A stretch of DNA of 64,000 nucleotides from Minutocellus sp. GHC0000111. Its lineage: Eukaryota. This document shows positions 10,484 to 22,794 of this stretch, one piece after another. The notes beneath the pieces are model-generated. The model was given only the letters and a program-made list of their open reading frames with translations. It had not been told where the DNA came from and ran no database searches. The translations under genes were made by a program, and so were the position numbers. The stretch is from assembly GCA_977018835.1 (NCBI GenBank), contig OZ361256.1:7192001-7256000 (forward strand). Direction: 5' to 3'. The number at the start of each line of letters is the position of its first letter. Positions within the stretch are counted from its first letter, which is position 1.

Positions 10484-13400
10484 TTACGCCTGGCTTGTAG
10501 CTGGAGCGCTTAATTCAAGACCTTTTGTCTCGAGAAAGCTACCAATTGCGGTGCATTGACCATCGCCAACAATTATTTTACCGAGGGCCTCTTGCTCTCC
10601 CGGTGTGGAGAGTGTAGCATAGTGTTCGGGAAGGCTCTTGCCGCCACAATCTGTGGTCGTCAAACTCGAAACATCGACTTCAGCAATGACCTCGTCAATG
10701 GTATGATCGAAGCGCACAGTGACTTGCTGCGTGACCTCGATGTCAGTGCACGAAGGTACCTCGGTGACGACGGGCATCTTTTCTATGCATCCACACATCG
10801 GTGCACCGGGAATTTCCTCGACGAAACCCTTTGAGTACACATGATCGGCCATGGCAACATGGAAGAGAGTGTTTCCCTTGAGAGCGGCCTCGGCATATCC
10901 TTCGTCGTCGCCCCAGGCAAACCCGGCGCAGTAGGCATCTTGACCGCCAAGGGGACCATAGAGTGAGTACCCGTCTCGGACATGGGCGGATTGGGGAGCA
11001 TTGGAGAAGTCTACTAGACACACCTCACTATTACCGTTCAGATCACAGGCAAAGTCGTTGGCTGGGTCGCACTGAGTAGACGTGTCAGTGGTCGTCGGCG
11101 CCTTTTGCCTCGATGCAACAAAGCAACACATGGCTGCACGAAGCTCGCAGTCGCGGAACTGGTGCATCTCGGAAGGGAAGTTAATTGCTCTCGACGAGGC
11201 AAAGGTCTCGTTAACATACTTGATTCGGCCACCATCCCAAGGAGACTGTTTTCAGAGCCGATCTGGTGCTCGTAGTTCAATTCACCGCCTCCATCGAAGA
11301 ATTCAAGGTCGTGAAAGTATCCTTTTTGGGTGATGTAGTCAAATGGAAGATTAATGGCTTCGTAGGATTTGAGGCAGATGCTCGCCACCCTGGAACGGAC
11401 CTGATTCCCGTAGGGTAGGTTGTAGTAGGTCATGAGCTCGGCGATAGCGCCATCGACGCCTCCTACGCCAGTGCAAGACCCAGATCTCTTGGTCATTTCA
11501 TCTTCGATTCCAGTGATGAATATATCGAAAGCGCAGTCGTTACCGTTGGCAATTATGTTGAAAGATTTGTCCTTATTTGGGTCGAAGACGTCATCGATGG
11601 GATTGTTATCAGGACCGAAGAGACAAGAAGTTGCCTCGAAGAATCGAAGGTTGCTGATGATGCTGTCGCCACCCTCGCGGTCGGCGTCGTCGTCCTGTAC
11701 AAACACAAGACGATCGACAGGGCCTGTGAAGAAGTCCCCGATGCGGACGTGGTAAGAAACCTCGTTCTTCTCGTGGCTGACGGGGTTTGGTACCTTGATC
11801 CAGTTAGAGTCGAGCTTCTCGAAATCACGCCCACCAAAGGTAAGGCAGCGACGCTCGTCGTCGTGGTCGTTGTTGTCGTCGAGGCAAACCCCGTGGATCT
11901 CGCCGAACTCGATGACCTTGGCATCAAATGCGAGGAAGGTGTTGTCAGTAACTGTCATTGGTTCGGGGAGAGAGATGTACTTCCAGGTGTTACCTGTACT
12001 TCGAATGCTGGTGCCAGTGCCGTCAACCTCCATGTAGTGAAGAGGCGTATCTTGACCAGACTCGTAGCTGCGCTGGTAGTTGACAAGAGCCTTGGTAGTG
12101 CCATCGATATCTATGTTGAAGGAAGGTTTCTATCGCGATGAAATAAATGGGATTGAAAACAAGATTATGAATGTGTGTGTTTGAGTGAGAAAACATCAAT
12201 GAGCGAAGTGACGAATACTAGCATGCCACGCATGAAAAGAAATCAGACTTGAGGCCGTGCCAACATACCTCGTAAATCGAGAAATTTGCAAAGGTTGCCT
12301 TGCCTCCGACGCCTCCATTGGCATCTTGCTCCCCCATCAAGTTCAGGTAGGTATAATTACCAATAATCCAGTTCCCAATAGGAATCTTGTAGTCCCTTGT
12401 CGAACCAGGCTGCTGGATGTTGCTAGATGTGCGCCCTCCGAATGGCTTGAAGAAATGGCTGGAGCTGCCGTCTTTGGTACCAGTGAGTTGAATATTCGTC
12501 TTAGCATTTTCGCGATTTAAATCATCGTCGAATCCAAAGTAGAGTTCTTCATATGCCTCTTCATAGTCCAGAGTAAATTCAAGCTGCGTGGCACGGGTGA
12601 TTGTGATCTGCTGAGGAAGTTGAACGGAGCGCCAGATGTTATCCTTTAGGGTCACGGCGCGATTATGATCGGAGATCACAAGGTCATGCATCTGCGAGTC
12701 CTGACCTGTGTGGTAGGACATCTGAGCGCCCATGTCGATTGTATTAATCACACCATCAATCTCAAATTCAAGGTCGGGAATGTCTGCCTCGTAAATCTGG
12801 AAGCTATGGTAGGTTGAAATCCCTTTCCTTTTGTCTCGATCCATATCTTGAATGATGGCAAGCCATTTGACATTTCCTTGAAAGTACCGACCAACGGGAA
12901 TCTATGAAGCGGGATATTGAAAAAAAAAAAAAAAAAAAGGAATGAATGTGAGCTTGTTTCATCTTCGAATGATAAATCGCATTAATCAGAACTGGTTCGA
13001 GCCTTACCTTGTACTGCGTATCCTGGTTCGCGACCTCTGTCTTGGGCATCTTGTGATGCTGACTATGAAATCCGTCGATGCCAGAGAGCTGGAAGCAACG
13101 CTTATTCGAGAATGTTTTAGTACTGGTCCTTGCTCGATCGCTGTCGAGACAAATTGCTGAGAATTCGACCTGCTCTTTAAAGCTAAAGAAAAAGTCAAGC
13201 ACGGTGGACGAGGTGATGTCATATCCTCCGTTGGGAAGCTCGAGTGCCTTCCATTGGTTGCCGACGACTTGCAGGCCCGCACCATCCTCGCTGATGTGCA
13301 AATAATGATTGCGAGAATCCTGGTCATCATCGGTGGAGATGCCATATGCCTTGAAGTCATTATCGAGGTAAACATCCTCGTCGTTGATTTTCATGTGGAG

Positions 13401-14244
13401 TCTGGAAAATGTCTCCTTCTCATGTAGATGGATGTTGCAGAACTTGGACTTGGCACTGACCGTGGTACCGGTGGAAGTTAGATCGTCTTGGTCCTGAATA
13501 ATGACCAAGTACTTGGGTGTTATATCTGGGGCGAAGTAACCGACGGGAATATCAAATGTATAAGTCTCGTTGGCATTTTGCGCCATGTTGGGCACATTGG
13601 CCATATCTGTTGGCCGGGAAATAACGTGTGGATACGTGTAGAAGGATGAAGTAGAGAATATGAGATATGCACATGATAAATAATTTCGCAGATAAAAGAC
13701 ATATTTCTCAAGACACTTACTGGCAATTCATCCCTGTGCGGCAGAGACAGCAAAGCAACGAAGTTGGCCCGAACTGGCAAATGCCGTGTCTTCATCGAGA
13801 CAAATCGCATTGATGTCAGCCAGCTGTTCGTAGGAGAACTGGAAGGACAAAACGGTCTTATCGGTGGTACTGACGGTCGCATTCGAAGGGATGGGGATGG
13901 CCTTCCAGGAATTGCCCTCGGCCGTGACGCACATGTTGGCATCGGTGGCGGTGACGGAAGACGAGCTCTGGCCAGAGGGATTGTACTCGTATTGCATGCT
14001 GGTAGAGAAGGCAAATGTCTCGTTGCCATAGCCGACGATCAAATCGTCGATTCTATACTCGAGTCGGCGGCGATCTTGGTCGGCGAGAGGGATGGACGTC
14101 GAGGAAGTTCCGTCCACGGCCGTGGTGGAGACGGTGGTGGCGATGTTGGCGGTGGAGCGAAGGGGAGCAAGCATTGGCAGGAGATGCCAAGATGGCGAAG
14201 GTGACGGCCGATGCCGCAAACAGGGCGGAAGAAGAAAGATGCAT
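10484..14244 (-). pseudogene. Large secreted protein: signal peptide, RRRL motif, four tandem beta-rich modules, C-terminal Cys-rich domain; 4 exons, disrupted
   Basis: ATG 14244 (MHLSSSALFAASAVTFAILASPANA). Introns 13720-13607, 13007-12902 and 12268-12130. Repeats GNSWKAI / GNQWKAL / DNIWRSV / GNTWKYI. C-terminal CAGFAW..KGNTLFHVAM.DH..GAPMCGC. Frameshifts near 14170 and 11230; in-frame TGA at 13728-13730. Confidence 0.7.
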
Positions 14245-14586
14245 GGTTGCGTTTGCGAGGATTATGAGCGAGGAGAATGCCAGCGAAGTGCCAGCGAGAA
14301 ATGCCAGCGAGGAATCTGCTGCTTTGCAAAAAATGCCAGAATAACTCTTCACATGTTTTGAACGGAAATGATGCTGGAATCTCCATTGCCGGATCAGTCT
14401 ATGACTGGCATCTGTCGAGGAGTCATCGCCGCGATATCAGCCCCTGTCATTTTTGAGCAGGAAAAAATTACAAAATCACTTTTTCACTGCCGCCAATGCC
14501 CACGTCAGTAGAAGTGAGCGGCAATCGTCAAAAGACTCCAGCGAGTACACAGCCAACTCATTCATTTGCCAACAAACACCAGCAAC

Positions 14587-15940
14587 ATGAAGTTCTCCGC
14601 TTCCCCCGTCCTTTCCTTCATCGCTACGGCCTCTGTGGTCGTCAATACTGCTCATGCCGCTTGTCCAGATTCCACAACTGCCAGCTATGAGTTCACCGTG
14701 GATACAGATCGCGACCCCCGTCGAGGAAAGACCGACAAGAAGTGCAGTCTTTCACTCCTCCAAGCCAAATACAAGAATTTCTGCAACGATGATAATGCCG
14801 ATATTACTACCGATCTTACACTCAATGAGACTGCGGCCGAGGAGCTCTGCAACGGCGCCTACGACGCATTCGATGCCATGCCTTTTTCCGACATCAGCAA
14901 GAACGGCGACCAATTCGACAACGAATATTATTCGGGCGGAACACACTGGAACTATGAAGTGGAAGACCAGAATGGCAACAACAATCTTAAGGGCGATGCC
15001 TACCGTGTCAAGAAGGTCTAATCGAACTACCGGTCGACATCAACTCATTCAATCCAGAAAAGAAGGCAACCAGTGACCTGAATGCCGCTTACTGCTGCTG
15101 GGTTCAGGATCGTCAAGCCAACGGTGCGTTCAATCTACAGAATGAATTTTATCACTGCATATGTCATGAGTAAACCACATGAGACATAAAACGGCTCATA
15201 TTTTAAATCTCTCTCTCGTACTTTCTTTCAACAACGCAGACAACAACGGCAACTGCAAGACGCCCTATCCATACGGTTGTATCGACAAGGATCCCGCCGA
15301 CAATGCCAATCTATGCTACGTTGACCACAACCGTACCCATGGCGTCCAACACGTCAATTCGGGTCTCACGGTCTTTGGGGGACCGGGCCAAAATGAGAAC
15401 CTTGAAGGCTCCATCCATTGCCACGGCTTCGCCTGGACGAATGACGACCACCACGTTGCCAACATTTACAAGGGCAATAACCTCTTCTACGTGAGCATGT
15501 ATGACCACATGTATCAGCGAGGCTACGTACGCAACGTGCCTGGAGCTCCCATGTGTGCCTTTGCAGAGAATATGGCTGTAGTTACTCGAGCTGATTGTAC
15601 CGAGGTTCGTGCCGAGGAACAATTCAAATTTTCATGGAATGCAACTGCTCCTGAAGGAGAACGTGCGTCCATGGAACTCGTCAAGGTCAAGAAGCTTCAT
15701 TTCAACGCCTGCCAAGGCGTTGACGCCGACGGCAATAATCGGGATAACGACCTCGAGGCCTACTACCGCAAACTCAGCAATAACCAGCTCACTCCCACAC
15801 CCGACGACCCTAATGCCGCTACTCCTGACTTGAATGAGCTACGAATGTCTCTCGTTGGTAAAGAGGAGGGCAACTGCAACAAAGCCATTGCTAGCTTCCT
15901 TGAAACCAAGGGCATAAAAGTCCCCGGTACTGATAATTAG
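14587..15940 (+). pseudogene. Secreted Cys-rich protein paralogous to the C-terminal domain of the divergent neighbour; 2 exons, disrupted
   Basis: Signal peptide MKFSASPVLSFIATASVVVNTAHA. Intron 15124-15239 restores QANDNNGNC. CHGFAW..KGNNLFYVSMYDH..GAPMC motif. Frameshifting deletion at about 15020 creates TAA. Confidence 0.7.
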
Positions 15941-16061
15941 TGAAAAAAAGCAAAAGAGAGCTTGTCCTCAGAAAGTCCATATATATTAGAACTACCAGTA
16001 CGTAAAAACCAATTAGATCTACAGCGAGCAAACTTATCTCTAGCTAGCTAGCTCTAGAATT

Positions 16062-17222
16062 TTAAGTAGATTTGCCGCCAGCCTCGGTCGCCGCCGCTGC
16101 TGCTTCAGCAGCGAGAGCTTCTCTCTTGGCTTTCCTTGCTGCTCGCTTTTCTGCGATAATTTCAGGAGTGTCGGGTATTCTTTCCTTGTTGCGACCATTT
16201 CGTCGTTTCCGCCCGGCACGTTTCCTCCCTCTTGTCTTCCAGCTGCTATTGCGTCGGGCTTTCAACTCCATGCGCTCCTCATATACCCACTCTTCTTCAG
16301 TATCTGGCATATCTGGGAAAGGAATCGGCGGATCATGGACCTGGACCCGACGATGGGAAGTCGAAGAAATGCTACCGATATCATTTGACTGGTCCGTTTC
16401 CAATGATATAGTTGCTGAAATTTCGAACTGCCCTTCGTCCCCAACTCTCCTCAACACATAAATTTCAGTTGTTGTGTACCGAATCGGTGTCCACCAAGTC
16501 TCGATTTGCTCCTTGGCAGATAGCGCATCGTCGACGCTGGCATAGTGAGACAGTGTAATATGAGGATGAAAATCTCTCGACTTTCTCTGCTCGGTGCAAG
16601 TTGGGAATTCCGCCTCCAGCAGGGCTTGTAGCTGTATCATTGGCTCGTCTGGTTCACAGAAAGGATTACCATCGACGGGTGGCTCCTTGCCAATGGTATG
16701 GCTTCTGGGATACGCCCAAAGCACTCCACGGTGTTTATTACCAAAGACACCAAGCGCGCTGATCGTGACCTCAAATGGGCAGCACTTGGCCGCAACTCTT
16801 TCGAGTGCATCCAGCATGTCACCGTCAAACAGTGGGCCCAGTTCTGCTTCGCTGCCTGCGCTTCGCTTCTTCATTGATTTCAGCTCGAGAAACGGATAGA
16901 GTAAATTAGCGTGTGGAGGCCACCGATAGAAACCAGGATCTCGCAATTCCAAGCGGGCACGCGTCAAAGCCTCCCAAGCGACAGTCGCCGACGGTGGTGG
17001 TACCGCACACACCGTCGTGCAGTGTGACTTGCGTGGTTCTGGGGGAGCAGTTGGCGACGAAGGCGATGAACTCCGCTCGGGCTCATTCTGTGTACTAGTA
17101 TCAAGAGACATGCCACGCACTAGAGTCCGACCCGAAAGATTTGGTCTAATAAATCCTGACGATGGTTGTATTGGGAGCAGGGCGGACAGCGCAATTGCTG
17201 TTGCTCGCGAGATGCCGGGCAT
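16062..17222 (-). CDS. 2H-phosphoesterase (LigT / 2'-5' RNA ligase-like) with organelle-type presequence
   Basis: Two His motifs, WPPHANLLYPF and FHPHITL. Signal peptide ending SSG-F; basic C-terminus. Confidence 0.75.
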   Translation of the reverse strand: MPGISRATAIALSALLPIQPSSGFIRPNLSGRTLVRGMSLDTSTQNEPERSSSPSSPTAPPEPRKSHCTTVCAVPPPSATVAWEALTRARLELRDPGFYRWPPHANLLYPFLELKSMKKRSAGSEAELGPLFDGDMLDALERVAAKCCPFEVTISALGVFGNKHRGVLWAYPRSHTIGKEPPVDGNPFCEPDEPMIQLQALLEAEFPTCTEQRKSRDFHPHITLSHYASVDDALSAKEQIETWWTPIRYTTTEIYVLRRVGDEGQFEISATISLETDQSNDIGSISSTSHRRVQVHDPPIPFPDMPDTEEEWVYEERMELKARRNSSWKTRGRKRAGRKRRNGRNKERIPDTPEIIAEKRAARKAKREALAAEAAAAATEAGGKST

Positions 17223-17416
17223 GGTGGCGATGTGGCGATGTGATGTGTGATGCACATGTGTGGCTGCGCTGGGTTTCGTGGGTGCTCGCGTGCTCGCCCC
17301 TCATTTTATTCGAGCCCCTCGCTCATCATTGAGTCATTGAGCCCCCCCGCCCCCAACCCAACGGGAGACTCAGCGCGCTAACCAATGCCAAGCGGGGAAC
17401 AAGGCCTTGAGAACGA

Positions 17417-17997
17417 CAGTGCTACGTAGGGGGGCTTCTTGGTGTTTGGAGCCTTTCGGGAAACCTGCAGATTTGTATGCCAATGATGAACGTGCGAGGT
17501 TGAAGAAAGGCTCACCTTTTGAAATTGAACGCAGAGAGTTGCTAGCTATGTCGTGCAGGATACATAGGATCCGTATCGTGCAGGGATATACTCAATTCTT
17601 TGATTTTACTCTTTTCTTAGTTTATCTATTACTTTCACACCCCCATCATGTCTCAAGCCTCTCGTTCCGGTCGCACCTCGCCTCTGCGTCGTGCTACCTC
17701 CACCGGCGGCACCGCCGGCCTTCTTTCCTCCCTTCGGGACACGATGTCCACTCACCTTCGCTCGGCTACCGCCGACGCCGCAGGTGAGTCTCCCAGTGGT
17801 TCGTTGTCTTCTTTTCAGATGGTGACCGGGGGGGCTGAGGCTTCGACCGCGGCCGCTCGGACATTGCCTGGTTCTTTCGTGCCCCGCACTGGTCCCGGCT
17901 CTCCGGACCGCCGGAACTCGTCGACCGAGGAGGAGGAGGAGATCATGTAGTAGTACATTCTATGTTGGATAAAGATAAGCTTCCCTACGTAGCACTG
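17417..17997. mobile_element. Small inverted-repeat-bounded element remnant containing a truncated ORF (17648-17950)
   Basis: CAGTGCTACGTAGGG at 17417 and its exact reverse complement ending at 17997. No TSD seen. Confidence 0.5.
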
Positions 17998-18306
17998 ACT
18001 TACATAAGAGCATAAGTTCCCCCAGGACACACTGGTAAGAGTAAAAGGCTCTCCAAGCAAACCCTCAAATCCGCAATTTCCAAGAATAGTCTTACTGTTT
18101 TGCCTGATCGTACATGTACAGCGCACCGGTGCCTATGTAAAAAGTAAGTGAAAACATTCATGCCTTCTGATTATTTTATGAGATCCCATGCACTTGGACT
18201 TTTAACTCGAGAGAGCGCCTGATTTTGAACATGAGTGCTTTGCTGAAAGCCTCAGATTTTCATATCTATTTCACAATCACATACAATTTTGATCCATGTG
18301 GATCTG

Positions 18307-19822
18307 CTAATCGAACGTACCACTCATGATGGGCGACGCAATTAAAGGTGCCGCTGGTGGGGGTGTTGAAGACGCCGAAGGAGCCGCCGCAACGTCGCCA
18401 TTGAGTTCGTTGCTTCCGATGCTCTGCTCTTCCGAAAGAAGATGACGCTCATCCGACCTGCTGCTGAGATCCTGCTCACTCCCGCCCGTTCCTCGCTTGC
18501 GATAGGCGTAACCTCCAACCGCGAGGGCAATAATAGCGGCAGAAACCGTCCCGACAACAACTCCAATAACGACCGACGATGATGGGCCTCCATTATCTGA
18601 CGACGAGGACGGACTGTCCTTGTCATTATTATCACCAGCACTCATACTAGTGGGAGTCGATTCGCCATCTGATTGGATAAGCCCGTTATCATTGTCGTCC
18701 ACATCCAAATTCCCATCCCCAAGATAGGTCACTCGAACGATCGATTCATGCGTGTTGTCCAGATCTCCTTCCGACATGGCCGATTCGATGGCATCCAGCG
18801 CTTCGTCCTTTTTCATTTCCGAGATGGTGTCATCAGAAGAAAACAGAGTCAAGCTTCCCTGCACAACAGAGCAAGAGTTGGAAGGTTCGACTGGGAGACT
18901 GCATTGTTCTAATTGAATGTGGAAGGGCACACGTTGTACGCATGGAAGTAAGTAGGATTGAAAGTAAGGAAAATGCACGCAAACAGCGCACAGTGCATCC
19001 AAAATATTCTTGCACACAAGCATATTGTTACATACCATCATTAACGATGCGATCTCCAGGCAAGGGGCTGATTCCGACAATTTTCGAACTGGCACCGTTC
19101 CTACCAATCGCCACAGTGTTTGCCATCGAATCATCTTGACAACCGTCAACAAGGTCTTCGACAAGAGCATTCGCAACGCCACCCTTGATGCTTTGGAGCA
19201 TTTCGTCGTCAAGATCGTCGAATGCCTCCACTTCGTAGATGTATTCCAAGACCTCTTGGCTGGCGCTGGATGTGACATCGCCATAACTTCCATCTTCGGA
19301 GACAAAGCAAAGGCTACCACCGTTGGTGCCACTGGTAGTACTAGTGGCAGTTGTGGGTCCACCTGGTCCGGAGGGAACGACCATAGTGCTGTCGTTTCCA
19401 TCGCCATTGTTGCTTACCGATTCTGACCCATTATCATCGCCATTGTTGCTTACAGATTCTGACCCATTTGATCCATCATTCATCCCATCATCTCCATCAT
19501 TCTTTTTGTTGGTCGTATCGCCCACCTTTTTGTTTCCGCCATTGCCACTATTGGTTTTTTCAATGGTCGATGATGAGAAAATCGAAGCTGAACCACCCAG
19601 AGTCCGAGACCAAAAGAAGGCATCCTCCTCGTTACTGCCCAGGAGGTGGCGTCGAACGTTGGTTCCTGCTCTGCCACCGTCGTCGATGACCGACGAGCCG
19701 AGAACCTTGCGATGCCTTCTGCCCTTTCTACCATTTATGGCAGAAGTGTTCTTTGGTTGCTTCGCGCCGCTGACAAAGACGGCTGCATGGCCGATGAAGG
19801 CAGCAGCGGCGGCAAACTTCAT
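18307..19822 (-). CDS. Type I membrane / cell-surface protein, 2 exons (intron 19035-18909)
   Basis: Signal peptide MKFAAAAAFIGHAAVFVSG, RxL motifs, S/N/D-rich linker, Cys-containing domain, TM segment VVIGVVVGTVSAAIIALAVGGYAY followed by RKR. Confidence 0.75.
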
Positions 19823-20092
19823 TTGGGCGGCACAAGAGAAAAGGGGTCTCAGAAAGATATCTTGCTCTAATGCGAGATAACGACAAGATATACGAGCATG
19901 CGCATGCACCCTCCACCTCTCGCCCTATCAGTACGGTAGCCGAATTATCGCGATGGAGCTTCTCTTTTTGGCGCTCTTCAGGTGAGCAGATCAAACAGAT
20001 CAAAACGGCGAGAGGCAGAGATCGATCGATTGCATTGCTTGAGCACCTTGACTTGATTTCACTTGGCATCTGGTGACAGCATATTCTCGGAA

Positions 20093-22339
20093 ATGATGGG
20101 AAGAGAACGACCGCCGTGCTGGACGGTCCTCATGGGTCTGGCGGCCCTGCACGTGTCGGTGCAGCGTCAAGGAATGTCGGTATCTGCCTTTGGTGGCACA
20201 TCGCTATCGTCGTCGTTTATTATTGAGCGAAATGGCAGACCGGCAGTCTCCAATAATAAGAATCATGTGCAAGCGATTCGCGATATCAATTGCAACAATG
20301 CGGCATTCGCTTCGTCGTCGTGGCGTGGACAGCCGACATCGGCTAGATCTTCAGCATCAGTGGCAGCCCGACCATCGGTGCCAACGAGGTTGTACGTGTC
20401 AGCAGATGTTGACGCTGATGTCGACAGCAAAACGAAGGAGGAAGACGAGACCGAAATGGCCAAGGAGCAGAGAAGGCGGCAGCTAACGCAGCCCCCACCG
20501 CAGTCCAAACTCCGCCGGCTCAAGGATCGGATGTGGGTGCGGGAAACCCTCGAAGATCTGACGGCGGCCGATTTCGCCGCCTCCCTCGAGCAGGCCGCCG
20601 CCGCCGCGGAGGCGGCCGCCGATGAGGCCGATAAGGACGAGATGGCCCGTCGGAGGAAGAAGAAGCAGAAGCGCGCTGTTGACGTGGAAAATATCCTCTC
20701 CAAGCTGGATCGGAGGCTAGAGGAGATGTGCGTCCTTTCGACCTATGGCGATACGTCGGGTTCAACCTTGGCATGCTATCCGTTGGAGTCGACGGAGGCT
20801 ACCAGCCCGGTGAACATGGAGAAGGGGAGCAAATGTTATGCCCTCAAGCAGGGAGAGGGCATGGGCAGTGTGGTGTACACCGATGAGCAGCGGGATGCCC
20901 TCTTGACGCGTATATTTGCCTCCCGACAGAGACTGCTCAAAGTAAGTGGAATGAGCGGGGCCGACGCGAACGGGACCGAAGAGGCAGAAGCATCGGCGGA
21001 AGACTTGGATGAGATTCGACAGAAGCTCAAGGCCAATACCACCGAGGCAGATGAGATCGATTCTCCTTCGTCATCGGCGACGAGTGCTGCTGGGAAGACC
21101 GCGGATGAGAAGAAGAAACTTCTCGATATTGACCCGAAGCTGTATGTTCGTGACGATGGGACGATCGACTGGGACGGTGCTCTCCAGGACAGTGCCGCCC
21201 TTAAATTGTTCGGTTCCTCTGTTTGGGCCCGCATCAATGGCCAAGATCCCGAGAATATCGACGAAGAAGCTGTGCAGAAGGAGGGCGGCGGCCATGGTGG
21301 AGAGAACAAAGCCATTACGGCCAAGAATGTGGAGACGGACGAAATCCGTGAAAAGAAGACGAAGCTTGACGAGCTTCAGAAAGAGCTGAGAGCGATGACC
21401 AAGGAGCATTGTGCACTGCTGAATTCTGAGGTCGATGCTGGATCAGCTGTGGCGAATGTCAACCTCGCTTCGCTGGACCCCGTCCTTCGATCTCAAATCC
21501 GAACATCTGCCGAAGCGTTGGAAAAGAAAGAGGAGCTTGTTTCATGTCAGGTCTTGATTTATGAGCTGGAACGTATCTTCACCTACCTCGAGGGCGAGCT
21601 TGGAAACACCGTCAACAAGGGATACATCCCTTTGCAGGATCGATTAAATGTTGCCGAGTTTGGTCTGTTGGAAGCTCAGATATCGAGCTTTGAGAAGCAG
21701 CTAGAAAGCGGAGAGTACGTCGATGCCGATGTCCTGGCCGTTGTTTTGGATCAGGTTACAGACTTCAAGCGCCGGTTGGGCATTGACTACTACGTCACGG
21801 GCCTTACCTTTGATAAGGAGGCAATCCAAAGGTTCCTTGCCGATCTGTTGGAGAAAACCAAGACAGGGCTACTGTTTTTCGTCAAGGGAGTCGAGTTGCT
21901 CTGGAACGATGTAACATATTCCCTCCGATTAATTGGTCGTGCCCTTCAGGGCTACACCCTCCAACCACGGGAGGTTCGAACACTGCGCCGAAGCTTCAAG
22001 GATGTCATCACCTTCATTCCTTTTGTCATTATATTGCTTATCCCATTGTCGCCGATTGGACACGTGCTTGTGTTCGGTGCCATCCCGCGCGTCTTTCCTG
22101 ATTTCTTCCCGAGTTGCTTCACCGAAACCAGACAAAATCTTCTTGAATTACATGAAAGCACAGAGTACACCGAAGTTGTAATCAAAGAGACATGGCAGGA
22201 GCAGCTTACGCGGGCGTTGCAAGCTGGGATATTCAACATTGGAGATGCAGCAAAGCAGCTCGTTGGGGGTGCTCCGGCTGAGGAGAAGGAAGCCGATGAC
22301 GACGCCGACAGCAGCAAGTCGACCGAGAAGAAAATATGA
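20093..22339 (+). CDS. LETM1-like domain protein, probably plastid-targeted
   Basis: Intact ORF with presequence VSAF. C-terminal RRSFKDVITFIPFVIILLIPLSPIGHVLVFGAI..FPDFFPSCF is LETM1-like. Confidence 0.7.
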   Translation: MMGRERPPCWTVLMGLAALHVSVQRQGMSVSAFGGTSLSSSFIIERNGRPAVSNNKNHVQAIRDINCNNAAFASSSWRGQPTSARSSASVAARPSVPTRLYVSADVDADVDSKTKEEDETEMAKEQRRRQLTQPPPQSKLRRLKDRMWVRETLEDLTAADFAASLEQAAAAAEAAADEADKDEMARRRKKKQKRAVDVENILSKLDRRLEEMCVLSTYGDTSGSTLACYPLESTEATSPVNMEKGSKCYALKQGEGMGSVVYTDEQRDALLTRIFASRQRLLKVSGMSGADANGTEEAEASAEDLDEIRQKLKANTTEADEIDSPSSSATSAAGKTADEKKKLLDIDPKLYVRDDGTIDWDGALQDSAALKLFGSSVWARINGQDPENIDEEAVQKEGGGHGGENKAITAKNVETDEIREKKTKLDELQKELRAMTKEHCALLNSEVDAGSAVANVNLASLDPVLRSQIRTSAEALEKKEELVSCQVLIYELERIFTYLEGELGNTVNKGYIPLQDRLNVAEFGLLEAQISSFEKQLESGEYVDADVLAVVLDQVTDFKRRLGIDYYVTGLTFDKEAIQRFLADLLEKTKTGLLFFVKGVELLWNDVTYSLRLIGRALQGYTLQPREVRTLRRSFKDVITFIPFVIILLIPLSPIGHVLVFGAIPRVFPDFFPSCFTETRQNLLELHESTEYTEVVIKETWQEQLTRALQAGIFNIGDAAKQLVGGAPAEEKEADDDADSSKSTEKKI

Positions 22340-22429
22340 CAAATAATGTTTTCGATAGAAGTAATGCTAGCTTATATATATAAATGTAGTCATGGCCATC
22401 TGTACGCTATTCAAATTGACCAAATGCCT

Positions 22430-22700
22430 TTATTCCACCTTCAAGTCTAGAATCTTGACAGCCTTGGCAAGCTCGTCACGGCTTTCTTTCACATTGTTCT
22501 TGGACCTCTCGATGAAATACTCCACGCGATCCTTCCCGCCGCCAGGGTTCGCTTCACCCCAAGAGCTCACAAAAGCCATCACATTTACCTCATCCGCTTT
22601 TTCCACAAACTTATCCAGAACATCCAAGAAATCCGGGTCGTCCGTCAGCCTCTGCATGCGAATCAATGTCTTATCGACACGACACAGTGGGTGTTCCATC
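22430..22700 (-). pseudogene. 3' fragment of a small helical algal protein
   Basis: Protein-like PLCRVDKTL..DDPDFLDVLDKF..WGEANPGGGKDRVEYF with no credible 5' end; the divergent gene starts at 22795. Confidence 0.4.
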
Positions 22701-22794
22701 TGTGCGGCGGAGAGCTTTTTCCTCCTATTCCTTCTCCCCCGCCAACCAACCATTCTGAAGCTTTGCTCCACTGACTTCCACTGACTCCGTCAAT

